Origin: Nitrospirota bacterium
GTDB lineage: Bacteria > Nitrospirota > UBA9217
Direction: 5' to 3'
Assembly (NCBI GenBank): GCA_035623825.1
Contig: DASPSR010000016.1
Coordinates: 1-44,792 of the forward strand
Length of the DNA stretch: 44,792 bases
In this document: one piece after another, positions 1 through 8,900 of the stretch
Position numbering within the stretch: the stretch's first letter is position 1
Layout: each line of letters opens with the position of its first letter
Translations under genes and position numbers: made by a program
Notes under the pieces: generated by a model
Seen by the model: only the letters and a program-made list of their open reading frames with translations
What the model was told of the DNA's origin: nothing
The model's database searches: none

Positions 1-1278
1 AAGACGGTGGTGGTGAGCATGGGCGTTCCGACGCACGCGGTGCAGGGGAAGACGACCGCGAGCACGGTGACCATCGGGGACACCAATCCCGAGCCTGCGG
101 TATCGTTCACCACAGCAAGCCAGAAGGTGAAGGAGGCAACGGCGACTGAACAGCCCGCCGTCTCGTTTGCGAGCTCGATATCGAGTGGTGATGAGACTTC
201 CGGACCTGTCCGGTTAAGGGTGACGCTTTCCGCTCCGAGCAAGAGGGTGGTGACGTCGGAGTATGCGGTCTCCGGCGGAACGGCGATACAAGGGAAGGAC
301 TATGCTTTGCAGGCAGGGCCGTTGACCTTCGCTCCAGGCGAGACGGCCAGGGAAATCATGGTAGACATCAAGGACCACAGAATCTACAATGACGACAAGA
401 CAATTGAGGTGAGTCTGAGGAACGCGAAGAACGCGGCGCTGGGTACCAGCACGGTGCATACCCACACCATTAGCAATCATCATCCGATGCCGAGGGTGGC
501 AGTTAGGTCCATAGACCAGCGTCTCAGGAAGAGCTCAGGCAGGACGAGCGTCACCGTCCAGCTATCGGAAGTTTCGGGTAAGGATGTGACGGTGCCCTTC
601 AAGGTCAGCGGCACAGCTATCCAGGGAAGGGACTTCACCATAACCCCTAGCCCTGTCGTCATCAAGGCGGGGAAACGGAGAGCGGAGATCGTGATAACCA
701 TGAAGGACAATGTCCCGGTCGAAGTTGATCAGACGGTCGAAGTGATGTTGTTGAACCCGGACAACGCATTCCTTGGGTCGCCATCATTATATAGCCTGGA
801 TATCGTGAAAGATACCATCCCCATCATTGCGGTTATCCCTTTTTTCAACCAAAGCATGAAGAAGAACGCCGGCGACATCCTGATGTTGCAGTTTGTCAAG
901 GAATTAGGGAAACTCGAGGACTTCTCTGTGGTGGAACCGGGCGTCGTCAGAGATCAGTTTCTGAACATGAGGGTTATCATGTATGAAGGAATTTCATCTG
1001 CGGATATCAGTCTCATAGCCAGGAACATAAATGCTGATTTTATCCTGACCGGAAAGGTCATGGATTACCAGGACGACATAGCGCTGTACGGACCGCCGAA
1101 AGTGGCATTTTCCGTGATGTTCATTGACAGGTCGAGCAAAAAAATCATCTGGTCATCCAGAAGCGATAATAGGGGAGATGACGCAGTCACTGTGTTCGAC
1201 TGGGGAAACGTCAATTCGGCCAATCAGATGACATCGGAAATGGTACACGCTCTCATGCAGAGTGTGCTCACATGGTAA
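1..1278 (+). CDS. Calx-beta repeat surface protein with a C-terminal CsgG/LpoB-like alpha/beta domain (5'-partial)
   Basis: Repeats VSGGTAIQGKDY...LTFAPGET and VSGTAIQGRDF are Calx-beta-like; the C-terminal IAVIPFFN...ADFILTGKVMDY...IIWS resembles the CsgG/LpoB/TolB-N fold; frame is open from base 1. Confidence 0.7.
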   Translation, partial: KTVVVSMGVPTHAVQGKTTASTVTIGDTNPEPAVSFTTASQKVKEATATEQPAVSFASSISSGDETSGPVRLRVTLSAPSKRVVTSEYAVSGGTAIQGKDYALQAGPLTFAPGETAREIMVDIKDHRIYNDDKTIEVSLRNAKNAALGTSTVHTHTISNHHPMPRVAVRSIDQRLRKSSGRTSVTVQLSEVSGKDVTVPFKVSGTAIQGRDFTITPSPVVIKAGKRRAEIVITMKDNVPVEVDQTVEVMLLNPDNAFLGSPSLYSLDIVKDTIPIIAVIPFFNQSMKKNAGDILMLQFVKELGKLEDFSVVEPGVVRDQFLNMRVIMYEGISSADISLIARNINADFILTGKVMDYQDDIALYGPPKVAFSVMFIDRSSKKIIWSSRSDNRGDDAVTVFDWGNVNSANQMTSEMVHALMQSVLTW

Positions 1279-1722
1279 GCAGGTACTGTGTTTTATTGTC
1301 TCAGCAAATAATAATTAAATTTGTGCATATGACTATGTGACAAGCCATGAGAGGTGAAAGGATGAGGAAGATTTTGAATATATAAAGGTCAATTGAAAGT
1401 ATCATTCTTCCTCTTTGAAGGAGATTTCCAAGTTTTTTAAAGAATCCTCTATTAAAGTCGTGTGGTTGTGGTGATGTTTTACCGCATGACCCATGATCCC
1501 GTTGCCTAACCTCTTTGTCATTCGAGCCGTGTGCTGAAACACTCATTATTGCAATGTTTGACAACTCCAATAATAAACATCGGCATTGCTAGTCCATAAA
1601 AGCAAGAAGTGGATTCGCACAGGTGGTCCTCCGCTGGTTCTGACACGAAACGAAGGTTTAGAATGTCAGCGTTTCTGCTTGGTTTTGCGTTGAAATGGCA
1701 GTTTGCTCCGAGGTACAAGAAA

Positions 1723-1845
1723 ATGGATGAAATCCTGACAACGGCGTTGAACGTTATCATTCTTTTTTTTATGGTGTCAACTATGCTGGCGTTTGGGTTA
1801 AGCTTAACGCTGAGGCAGATGATTAATAAGTCTTCCAGTGAGTGA
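1723..1845 (+). pseudogene. N-terminal fragment (40 aa) of a bile acid:sodium symporter-family transporter
   Basis: GAGG RBS then MDEILTTALNVIILFFMVSTMLAFGLSLTLRQMI, resembling BASS helix 1, followed by an early stop. Confidence 0.55.
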
Positions 1846-1908
1846 TTACTCCTGCCGGTCTCATTTAGGATTCTTCAACACCTACCCATAAAATACCTAC
1901 CAACATCG

Positions 1909-1937
1909 TTGACAACTGGTTGGGCAAGGCATATATT
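1909..1937 (+). promoter_or_regulatory. sigma70-type promoter upstream of the AI-2E gene
   Basis: TTGACA-17 bp-TATATT. Confidence 0.55.
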
Positions 1938-2094
1938 CGTGGCATAATGTAGTAATAAAAAATCGGCAATGAGATTGTAGGATGCACGTGGAATGTCATA
2001 CAGATGATGGGGTTAGCCCAAAGCAGACTGGAACTTACCTGGTAGAGTGATTGTTGCGCAGAACGCTAAATTTAAATCGAAGAGGTATTAAGGC

Positions 2095-3171
2095 ATGAAT
2101 GAACAAAGTGGTTCTCAGCGCGGAACTCGCATCCTCGTCATAGTTGCAGCGTTCGTGATCATCATCTGGGGCATCTATCAAGCTCAACCAGTTTTGGTGT
2201 GGCTCCTCTTTTCCGTTTTTCTAGCAATCCTCGGTACACCTCCGCTCCTCTGGCTTGAACGGAAGCGTATACCCGCCGTCATCGCTGTGATGATCGTCGT
2301 AGGGGGAATCATCGGTATTCTCCTGATTATCGGCGCTCTCGTAGGCACCTCTCTCAACAGTTTTTCGAATGCATTACCTTTTTACAGAACTCGCATACAG
2401 GAGCAGCTTTTTGCACTAAAAGGGCTGTTATTAAGAAAAGAAATCGATATTTCCGACAAGTTTCTGCTCGAACACGTCAACCCGGGCGCAGTCATGAGCA
2501 TGACTGCGGGCTTGCTCTCTGCTTTTAAATCGGTGCTTTCGAATATCGTCCTGATTCTGCTCACCGTAACGTTCATCCTGCTTGAGGCCTCTAGCTTTCC
2601 AATAAAGCTCCGCGCGATCCTCGGTGATTCCCGAGCGGTATTTCACCAGTTTGATAGGGTTGTGGATTCTGTGAAGCGATATATGGTTATCCAGACAACT
2701 ATTAGTCTGGCTACAGGCATTCTTATTGGCATATGGGTTGCCATCCTCGGTGTTGATTTCCCTGTTCTCTGGGGCCTCTTGGCTTTTCTGCTCAACTATA
2801 TACCCAATCTGGGTTCCATTATCGCCGCCATACCTGTGATCCTCCTAGCTCTTATTCAACTCGGTATTGGCCGTGCTGCGCTCGCCGCCGGCGGGTATAT
2901 CGTCATTAATTTCACGCTCGGCAACGTAGTCCAGCCGCGACTCATGGGGCGAGGCCTCGGATTGTCTACCCTGGTAGTCTTTCTCTCATTGATTTTTTGG
3001 GGAAGCCTGCTCGGTCTTGTGGGCATGATTCTTTCCATTCCCATAACCATGACCTTTAAAATGGCACTCGAGAGAAATGAAAGCACACGATGGATCGCGG
3101 TTTTGCTAGGGCCCGAGCCGTCCCCAGAGGATATGTTGCCGCCTCAGACGACGTCAGACATGAAGGAATAA
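2095..3171 (+). CDS. AI-2E family transporter (TqsA/YhhT-like)
   Basis: 358 aa multi-TM protein with LNYIPNLGSIIA and VVFLSLIFWG motifs; GAGG RBS. Confidence 0.9.
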   Translation: MNEQSGSQRGTRILVIVAAFVIIIWGIYQAQPVLVWLLFSVFLAILGTPPLLWLERKRIPAVIAVMIVVGGIIGILLIIGALVGTSLNSFSNALPFYRTRIQEQLFALKGLLLRKEIDISDKFLLEHVNPGAVMSMTAGLLSAFKSVLSNIVLILLTVTFILLEASSFPIKLRAILGDSRAVFHQFDRVVDSVKRYMVIQTTISLATGILIGIWVAILGVDFPVLWGLLAFLLNYIPNLGSIIAAIPVILLALIQLGIGRAALAAGGYIVINFTLGNVVQPRLMGRGLGLSTLVVFLSLIFWGSLLGLVGMILSIPITMTFKMALERNESTRWIAVLLGPEPSPEDMLPPQTTSDMKE

Positions 3172-3522
3172 ACACTATTAGGCAGAATGACTCGTAAGGA
3201 GAAACTAACGTTGACAAAAAAACGTTAGAGGGGAAGTATACCGTTAGCATCGTTTCAGTCGGGATTTTGCAATACATTCTTTCAAGCCCGATTGCAAAGT
3301 AATAGGTGGCTTAGATAGGATATCGGTAGTTGACAATAATAATATCAGTTGAAAGGTGAGAAAAATATCATTTTGGACTAAACGAGAGTTTCACCAAATC
3401 GGAAGTTGTATCTTTCAATCAGTATTCTGCAGCCGTCTATCTGTAAATCCGCCATTTATTTGATTCGTGATTGCCTTTGCGGCAGGGACATAGAAGCTCC
3501 CGATTTATAGCAGGAGGATTAC

Positions 3523-3561
3523 AACGAACGCCGAGCAAAAGTAGATTGCTCGGCGTTCGTT
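3523..3561. terminator. Intrinsic terminator hairpin
   Basis: Perfect 16-bp inverted repeat AACGAACGCCGAGCAA/TTGCTCGGCGTTCGTT just past the stop of the 3585-3983 gene. Confidence 0.75.
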
Positions 3562-3584
3562 TGCTTCTTTACTGAATGGTTAAA

Positions 3585-3983
3585 TCATGCAGCCTTGCTC
3601 TTCACTCCCTTTGCGTGTTCTCCTGCACGCCGCAGTTCGTCCTTAAACTGATTATAGTCAACTTGCATGCCATTTAAGTATGCGCTCCAGCCAGCGCTTG
3701 ACTTGGCATAATGCACCGTCTCCTCAATTTCCTTATCAGTAGCTCCGAAAAACTTTGCCATCTCAGTGTGGTAGAGCGTGCAGTAACGGCATTTGGAAAC
3801 AGCCGAAAGCCCCAAGCCAATAAGCTCACGATATTTGTTCGGAATGGCGCTTTCATCGAACTGTATTTTCTTAAAAAGCTCCCACTCATGCTCAATTGTT
3901 GAGTCTGGTATCGTTTTGAGGAAACTCGGGACAAGCCCGAACATCTCTTCTACCTCTTTGTATATTTCTTTTCTTGTCTTCAT
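3585..3983 (-). CDS. Carboxymuconolactone decarboxylase / AhpD-like protein
   Basis: RELIGLGLSAVSKCRYCTLYH (CxxC-x3-H) and GATDKEIEE. Confidence 0.85.
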   Translation of the reverse strand: MKTRKEIYKEVEEMFGLVPSFLKTIPDSTIEHEWELFKKIQFDESAIPNKYRELIGLGLSAVSKCRYCTLYHTEMAKFFGATDKEIEETVHYAKSSAGWSAYLNGMQVDYNQFKDELRRAGEHAKGVKSKAA

Positions 3984-4515
3984 AGCGTTTTAAGGGATTA
4001 CCCCCCTCCTTTCACTTGAGTTCCATTCCGCCATTTCAAAACCTGTATATGCTTCATTCGCCTCAGCATGAAATGGTGTGGAACATTTTTACTTCATAAG
4101 CTAAACGCTCCTTATTTGAATAAAGCTTACCACAGCATTTTTTTATCTGTCAATGCACCTAAAGTATACAGGATAACTATGAAACGGTCTTACAAGGTCA
4201 TTAGAACGCACATGAATTACGGAGTATGTCACGCACAATCGTTATTATCTTTATCAATGAGCAAGTGCGTTTTTGTCCAGACATTTGTAGACTGATTGTT
4301 TCAAAATAGTGCAACTCTGTGCACAGCTTAAGGAAATCTTCTTTGATGAAAAGCTGAAAATTGACACACAGACAAGAACTGTGGTAATCTAAAATAAAAG
4401 AAGAAGATAATAATAGTCTTAAATAATCCCGATTAAGCCAACTCTCTTTTCACGGAAAGGGCGAGCCGCGGAACTAGAACCTACGAATGATGTCTAAAAA
4501 ATGCCTTTGCCATGG

Positions 4516-4992
4516 CTACTCTCTTTTGGAATGGGCGCTCCCAATGGGATAGGGGTCCTGTAGAACGGTGGAGCCGGTCTCCAGCAGGGACTTCAGGTTG
4601 GAGATGACCATCGGCCAGGCGCCGGACACCGCCGCGATGAAATTCGAGGGTTCACGCTCGATGGTGTGGGTGATTGAGAACTTTACCGCTGGTCCACTGG
4701 GTTCCAGCTCCATCTTGCAGTACGACTCGCCTTCGGCCTTAAGCTCGGGCTTATTCTGATGCTGCCAGCGGATAACTAGCCGCCTTGGCGGCTTGGCCTC
4801 TACGATCTCGCCGGCGTCGGTGATGTGGCCGTCGGGGTATACCATCTTCCACGAGGATCCCGCCGTCCACTGGCTTTCGCAGTGAACGCCGAACCAGTAC
4901 TGCTTCATGAACTCCATGTCGGTCAGCGCCGACCACAGCCTTTCCGGCGTGGTGCGGATGTAGGTCACGTAGACAAAGATCGATTTAGCCAT
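4516..4992 (-). CDS. SRPBCC/AHSA1 (START-like) domain protein
   Basis: YIRTTPERLWSALTD...PPRRLVIRW...GAWPMVISNLKSLLETG; GGAGG RBS. Confidence 0.9.
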   Translation of the reverse strand: MAKSIFVYVTYIRTTPERLWSALTDMEFMKQYWFGVHCESQWTAGSSWKMVYPDGHITDAGEIVEAKPPRRLVIRWQHQNKPELKAEGESYCKMELEPSGPAVKFSITHTIEREPSNFIAAVSGAWPMVISNLKSLLETGSTVLQDPYPIGSAHSKRE

Positions 4993-5053
4993 TGGCTTCC
5001 TCCAGTCGTCGTTTCAGATCGTCTAGCGCCCTCAGGCGCGGTTTTTCGAACTC
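4985..5053 (-). pseudogene. C-terminal remnant of an ArsR-family regulator coupled to the SRPBCC gene
   Basis: Reads EFEKPRLRALDDLKRRLEEANG* with its stop overlapping the SRPBCC start; no upstream HTH in frame. Confidence 0.55.
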
Positions 5054-5324
5054 TTCTGTTGATACCTTAATCCTCACTTTTCATCGCTTTCTGCTTAAGG
5101 ACATCGACCTCTTTTGACTTTGCTACGTTCGGGCTGTCTCCGGCTCCATCATAAAATGAGCGGTCCTCTTTGATTCCGACCAGCTGGAATAATTGTCCAT
5201 CTGGCGCCTGTTCCTGATGAGGCTGGAATCGAGATTTTTTCGTCTCATCTCCTCCGCGTTGTCGGATTTGATTTACAGCCAAACCGATATTGACGACCGT
5301 AAGAATTCGCTTTTATCAGGGACA

Positions 5325-5645
5325 TCACCTTCTTTTTTTTCCCTTAAAATACTGCTCAAACTGATTGAGGCGTTCGTTCCCGAACCGCTCGTACTCATGC
5401 ACCCATGCTGCTACCTGACGAAGTGGCTCCCCTCGAAAAGAGATGAATACTTCGCGCCCTTGTTTTCTCCGCTCAATGAGTCCAGCTCTTTCGAGAAGCT
5501 TAAGGTGTTTCGTCACCGCGTTTAGAGCGGTGTCGAACGGCTTTGCGATATCCAGGAATCGGGCAGGTCCCTTTGCCAGCTGCCCAATAATCGCTCGCCG
5601 AGTAGGATGAGAAATGGCTTTCAGCACATCCGTCAGTTCATCCAT
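5325..5645 (-). CDS. ArsR/SmtB-family transcriptional regulator
   Basis: LKAISHPTRRAII...VTKHLKLLERAGLIERRKQGRE; start placed at ATG 5645. Confidence 0.9.
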   Translation of the reverse strand: MDELTDVLKAISHPTRRAIIGQLAKGPARFLDIAKPFDTALNAVTKHLKLLERAGLIERRKQGREVFISFRGEPLRQVAAWVHEYERFGNERLNQFEQYFKGKKRR

Positions 5646-5651
5646 GTAAAT

Positions 5652-5680
5652 ATTATACCATAAGGTGTAATAATTAGCAA
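5652..5680 (-). promoter_or_regulatory. Leaderless sigma70 promoter with overlapping palindromic operator
   Basis: TTGCTA-17-TATAAT only 6 nt before the ATG; palindrome ATTATACC-ATAA-GGTGTAAT at 5652-5671. Confidence 0.65.
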
Positions 5681-5939
5681 GTCTGTTTTGACGATTTTTG
5701 GCGCTGGACTCTGCCAGTTGAAAGGGGTTCAATTTCTCTCACTGCTGTGCATAAGCAATACCAGATTCGCCCTTTTTCGTCCCTTGACTCTCATGAAGAA
5801 TGCGCTATAGTTATGATATAAACAGGACTAATATTAACCTGTATAAATCGGGAAACGGAATAATAACGGAATAATGTGCGGGGCGTTTTGAGCCTGAACC
5901 ACCGGAAGCGCCCCCAGGTGACCGAGTCGACGAGGATTT

Positions 5940-6395
5940 ATGAACAAGAAACAATACAACATCATCTCATTGTGGTATTTCCTTTTCGGCGTCGCGTGCA
6001 TGCTGCTGTCGTTGACGGGGTGCGGCGGCGAAAGCACCTATCCCGTGGACTTCACCCCAGACAGGACTTTCGCCGTTCAAGACGACCCTCGGCTCATGAA
6101 GGACGCTCAGACCGTGCTCGTATGCGTGATAAGCGTAACCTCGCCACTATCGCAGATGCCGATAGGTATTCCTTTATTGACCGTGGAAACTACCAAAGAC
6201 ACATGGTTCTGGTGCGGCAGCGTCATGGCAGACGGATGCAGTACGTTCTCCGACCGCAAGATTTATATAACCGATGCTATGCTGTACACGCACGTCTTCA
6301 GTCACGAGATGGTGCGACAGCTCGATCAGGACTCTAGCGAGTCGCCGCACTACAGCGCCGTGATGGCCGCGTGTCAAGGAATAGAGGATTTCTGA
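5940..6395 (+). CDS. Hypothetical lipoprotein
   Basis: GAGG RBS, hydrophobic signal with lipobox LTGC, HExxH-like segment HEMVR. Confidence 0.65.
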   Translation: MNKKQYNIISLWYFLFGVACMLLSLTGCGGESTYPVDFTPDRTFAVQDDPRLMKDAQTVLVCVISVTSPLSQMPIGIPLLTVETTKDTWFWCGSVMADGCSTFSDRKIYITDAMLYTHVFSHEMVRQLDQDSSESPHYSAVMAACQGIEDF

Positions 6396-6604
6396 AGGAG
6401 GGAATGATTTAGCTAACCTATGAAGAACGCGAGACGTTGAGAAGGAGCGTTAGCCACTGGGAGACGATAAAATCACCTCCAGAGCATACTAAACTTATGA
6501 GTTTAAGTATCCTCTGAGTAAGAGATACCAATCCCGGCTAATTTGGCCGATGAAGACAATGCCGAGGATTCAAACGCATTGATACGTATTATCTTCGCAA
6601 CCGT

Positions 6605-7138
6605 TTACCTCCACGGGTACGCCGTGAAAATGTAATCTTTTGCCTTTACGATCGTATGGCACGCGTACCCGCAATTGGCGCCGCTCCCATGGGGCTTGAA
6701 CGTGTCGGACGCGACGTCATAGTCAAACTGGGCGTATCCCCATCCGCCAGTGTCCGGGAATCTCTTGCTATCCCTCTGCATGAGATCAACGTCATGCAGG
6801 GTGTCCGGCACCATCGTCGGAGCGGGAGCCTCCGCACTTTTTTTCGGTTTCCAATGGATCTGCGCAATCTTAGAGCCATCGGGGAAATGCTTGCCGTTGC
6901 CGGGAACGCCGGCCTGGTAGGCGTCGACCATCACGGGATTGGCGAGGATCACACTCATCAGGTCTTCGGTCTGGCTGATGGCGACAACCTGCCATTTCTC
7001 GTATCCCCTGAACTCCGAGAACGCGAGCCCGTTTGGCACTTGCACAGTGCGCTTATGCTGCCTAGCAAGGAGCATGCTGCCCAAGACAGCGAGAAATGCC
7101 ACAATTATCACAATCGCAGGGATGTTTTTACTCTTCAT
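6605..7138 (-). CDS. Cytochrome P460 family protein
   Basis: Signal peptide; FPDGSKI, DSKRFPDTGGWGYAQF, heme motif CGYACH, KDYIFT; GAGGTG RBS. Confidence 0.85.
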   Translation of the reverse strand: MKSKNIPAIVIIVAFLAVLGSMLLARQHKRTVQVPNGLAFSEFRGYEKWQVVAISQTEDLMSVILANPVMVDAYQAGVPGNGKHFPDGSKIAQIHWKPKKSAEAPAPTMVPDTLHDVDLMQRDSKRFPDTGGWGYAQFDYDVASDTFKPHGSGANCGYACHTIVKAKDYIFTAYPWR

Positions 7139-7344
7139 GACCGACACCTCTTTATTCTCATTTGCCAACACTGATTCCCCATATAGATCCTCCAAATATT
7201 TCTCCTCACGCGAAGCATGGCTTCATGACCCGCCTCCTTCCTGCTTACGATTATCTTTCTCAAAGTTTGTTACTTTTTTGCTACGTTTTAAAAAATTGAG
7301 GGTATTTTAAATGGTGAGAAAATTTATGTAACTATTTGATTTTA

Positions 7345-7433
7345 TGGTGCCGCTGACCGGAATTGAACCGGTACGGGAGTTGCCCCCCGAGGGATTTTAA
7401 GTCCCTTGCGTCTGCCAATTCCGCCACAGCGGC
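7345..7433 (-). tRNA. tRNA-Leu (TAA)
   Basis: GCCGCTG/CAGCGGC acceptor stem, anticodon loop CT-TAA-AA, long variable arm, TTCAATT T-loop, encoded CCA. Confidence 0.97.
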
Positions 7434-7457
7434 GTCATGCGATGGTTACCGTAAAGA

Positions 7458-7485
7458 ATTTTATAGAAACAAAACGGTTTGTCAA
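7458..7485 (-). promoter_or_regulatory. Promoter of tRNA-Leu
   Basis: TTGACA-16-TAAAAT about 25 nt upstream of the tRNA. Confidence 0.6.
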
Positions 7486-7558
7486 GAAAAAATGTCTGAT
7501 ACAGTGGCCTTCGCTGAAGAAGCAGCATAGCGGAGGACTGAAGCGGGTGAAAACAGGA

Positions 7559-7584
7559 GGAAGGGGCTCTGAGCAGCCCCTTCC
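7559..7584 (-). terminator. Terminator hairpin after ferredoxin
   Basis: GGAAGGGGCT/AGCCCCTTCC inverted repeat. Confidence 0.65.
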
Positions 7585-7599
7585 GAAAAATCGTATCAC

Positions 7600-7782
7600 T
7601 TATTCCAGAGCGATTGCGGTGACGGGACAGCTGTCGACGGCCTGCTGACAGTCGCAGGTGTCGCAGGCATTTGGATTGATGATCCAGGCCTTGTCATCTC
7701 TAAGCTCAAAAACCTTGGGGCAGAGTTCACTGCAGAGTCCACATCCGATACACAAATCCAAATCAACCTTCGGCGTAGCCAT
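7600..7782 (-). CDS. Small monocluster ferredoxin
   Basis: 60 aa; CIGCGLCSELCP ... DSCPVTAI. Confidence 0.9.
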   Translation of the reverse strand: MATPKVDLDLCIGCGLCSELCPKVFELRDDKAWIINPNACDTCDCQQAVDSCPVTAIALE

Positions 7783-7877
7783 ATTCATTACTCCCTTCTC
7801 GATGTTTTTGATCAGCAAAAACCATGCAATTCTCTTATAGTAGTACTGTATACTACAACATATGTGATATCCATGAT

Positions 7878-8900
7878 TTAAATCATAGGCGTAGCACCTC
7901 TTTGAAAGGTTTTCTCTTCGTAAAGCATATCACGGATCACGTCATATACATTTTCTGGCGATAATTTTTTCATACACTCCAGGTAAACAGCGGTTTGACA
8001 GGTGAGGCTTCTGCAAGGGACGCAGGGAACACCCTCTGCCTGAATGACTCGGTGTCCGCGGCCCACAGGACCCGTCCGTGCAGGGTCCGTGGAGCCGAAC
8101 AGCCCTGCGACTCGTGTCCCGACAGCTGTAGCCAAATGCATTGGTCCCGTGTCGCCGCTCACCAGTACATCACATTGCTCAAGGACTGCTCCCAGTTGCA
8201 AGAGGTCCAATTTCCCGGCGAGAAGAAGAGGCCTTGACACCGTATATCGAGCGATTTCTTCCGATAATGCGATGTCATCTGATCCCCCCACAATAACAAT
8301 GTTCGCCGAAAGCTCCTTGGAAAGGATATCGGCAAGTGCAGCAAATTGACCGGAGCCCCACTGCTTTAGAGGATGGCTCGCGCCTGGATTCAAGGCGATG
8401 ATCGGTCTATTGCTTGCTTTGAACGCGGAGAGGAGATTTCTGGCGAATGCCCTGGCATCAGGACCCGGTGAAAGTTCGAGATCCAAATTCGCTGCCGAAA
8501 TACCCAAAGGTGCAAGAGTATCCAGATGATTGACCACGGCATGTACGGACCTTTTTCTCGCCTTGTGGTACACTAAAATACGGCAGGGGAATGCAGCAGA
8601 TGCAAGTAACCAAGCTCTGATGTTGCTTCGCTGAAAGTTAATAACAAGGTCGAACTGTTTTGTGCGCAGCCGCTTCCAAAGCCCAAAGAAAGACATAATC
8701 GATTTGTGCTCTCCACGCTTGTCATAAACGAACGTTTCTCTAACAGAAGGATTGTATCGGAAAAGCTCTGCTGTTGAGGCTGAGCCAACGAGAAGCGTTA
8801 TCTCGGAGTCTGGATATTTACTCTTGAGCGCTCGAATAACCGGGGTTAACTGCAGAACATCGCCGATAGCGCCGGGTTTAATAATGAGAATGTTATGCAT
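7878..8900 (-). CDS. Glycosyltransferase family 9 (ADP-heptose:LPS heptosyltransferase)
   Basis: ILIIKPGAIGDV, LNPGAS, DTGPMHLA motifs. Confidence 0.9.
   Translation of the reverse strand: MHNILIIKPGAIGDVLQLTPVIRALKSKYPDSEITLLVGSASTAELFRYNPSVRETFVYDKRGEHKSIMSFFGLWKRLRTKQFDLVINFQRSNIRAWLLASAAFPCRILVYHKARKRSVHAVVNHLDTLAPLGISAANLDLELSPGPDARAFARNLLSAFKASNRPIIALNPGASHPLKQWGSGQFAALADILSKELSANIVIVGGSDDIALSEEIARYTVSRPLLLAGKLDLLQLGAVLEQCDVLVSGDTGPMHLATAVGTRVAGLFGSTDPARTGPVGRGHRVIQAEGVPCVPCRSLTCQTAVYLECMKKLSPENVYDVIRDMLYEEKTFQRGATPMI

Noticed and set aside
4425-4480. c-di-GMP-I riboswitch-like words
   Set aside because: The GGCAAA/GAAA-tetraloop/GACGCAAA core is absent
6411-6455. attC-like AGCTAAC...GTTAGCC after the lipoprotein gene
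   Set aside because: Only about 45 bp, weak internal pairing, no array and no integron integrase
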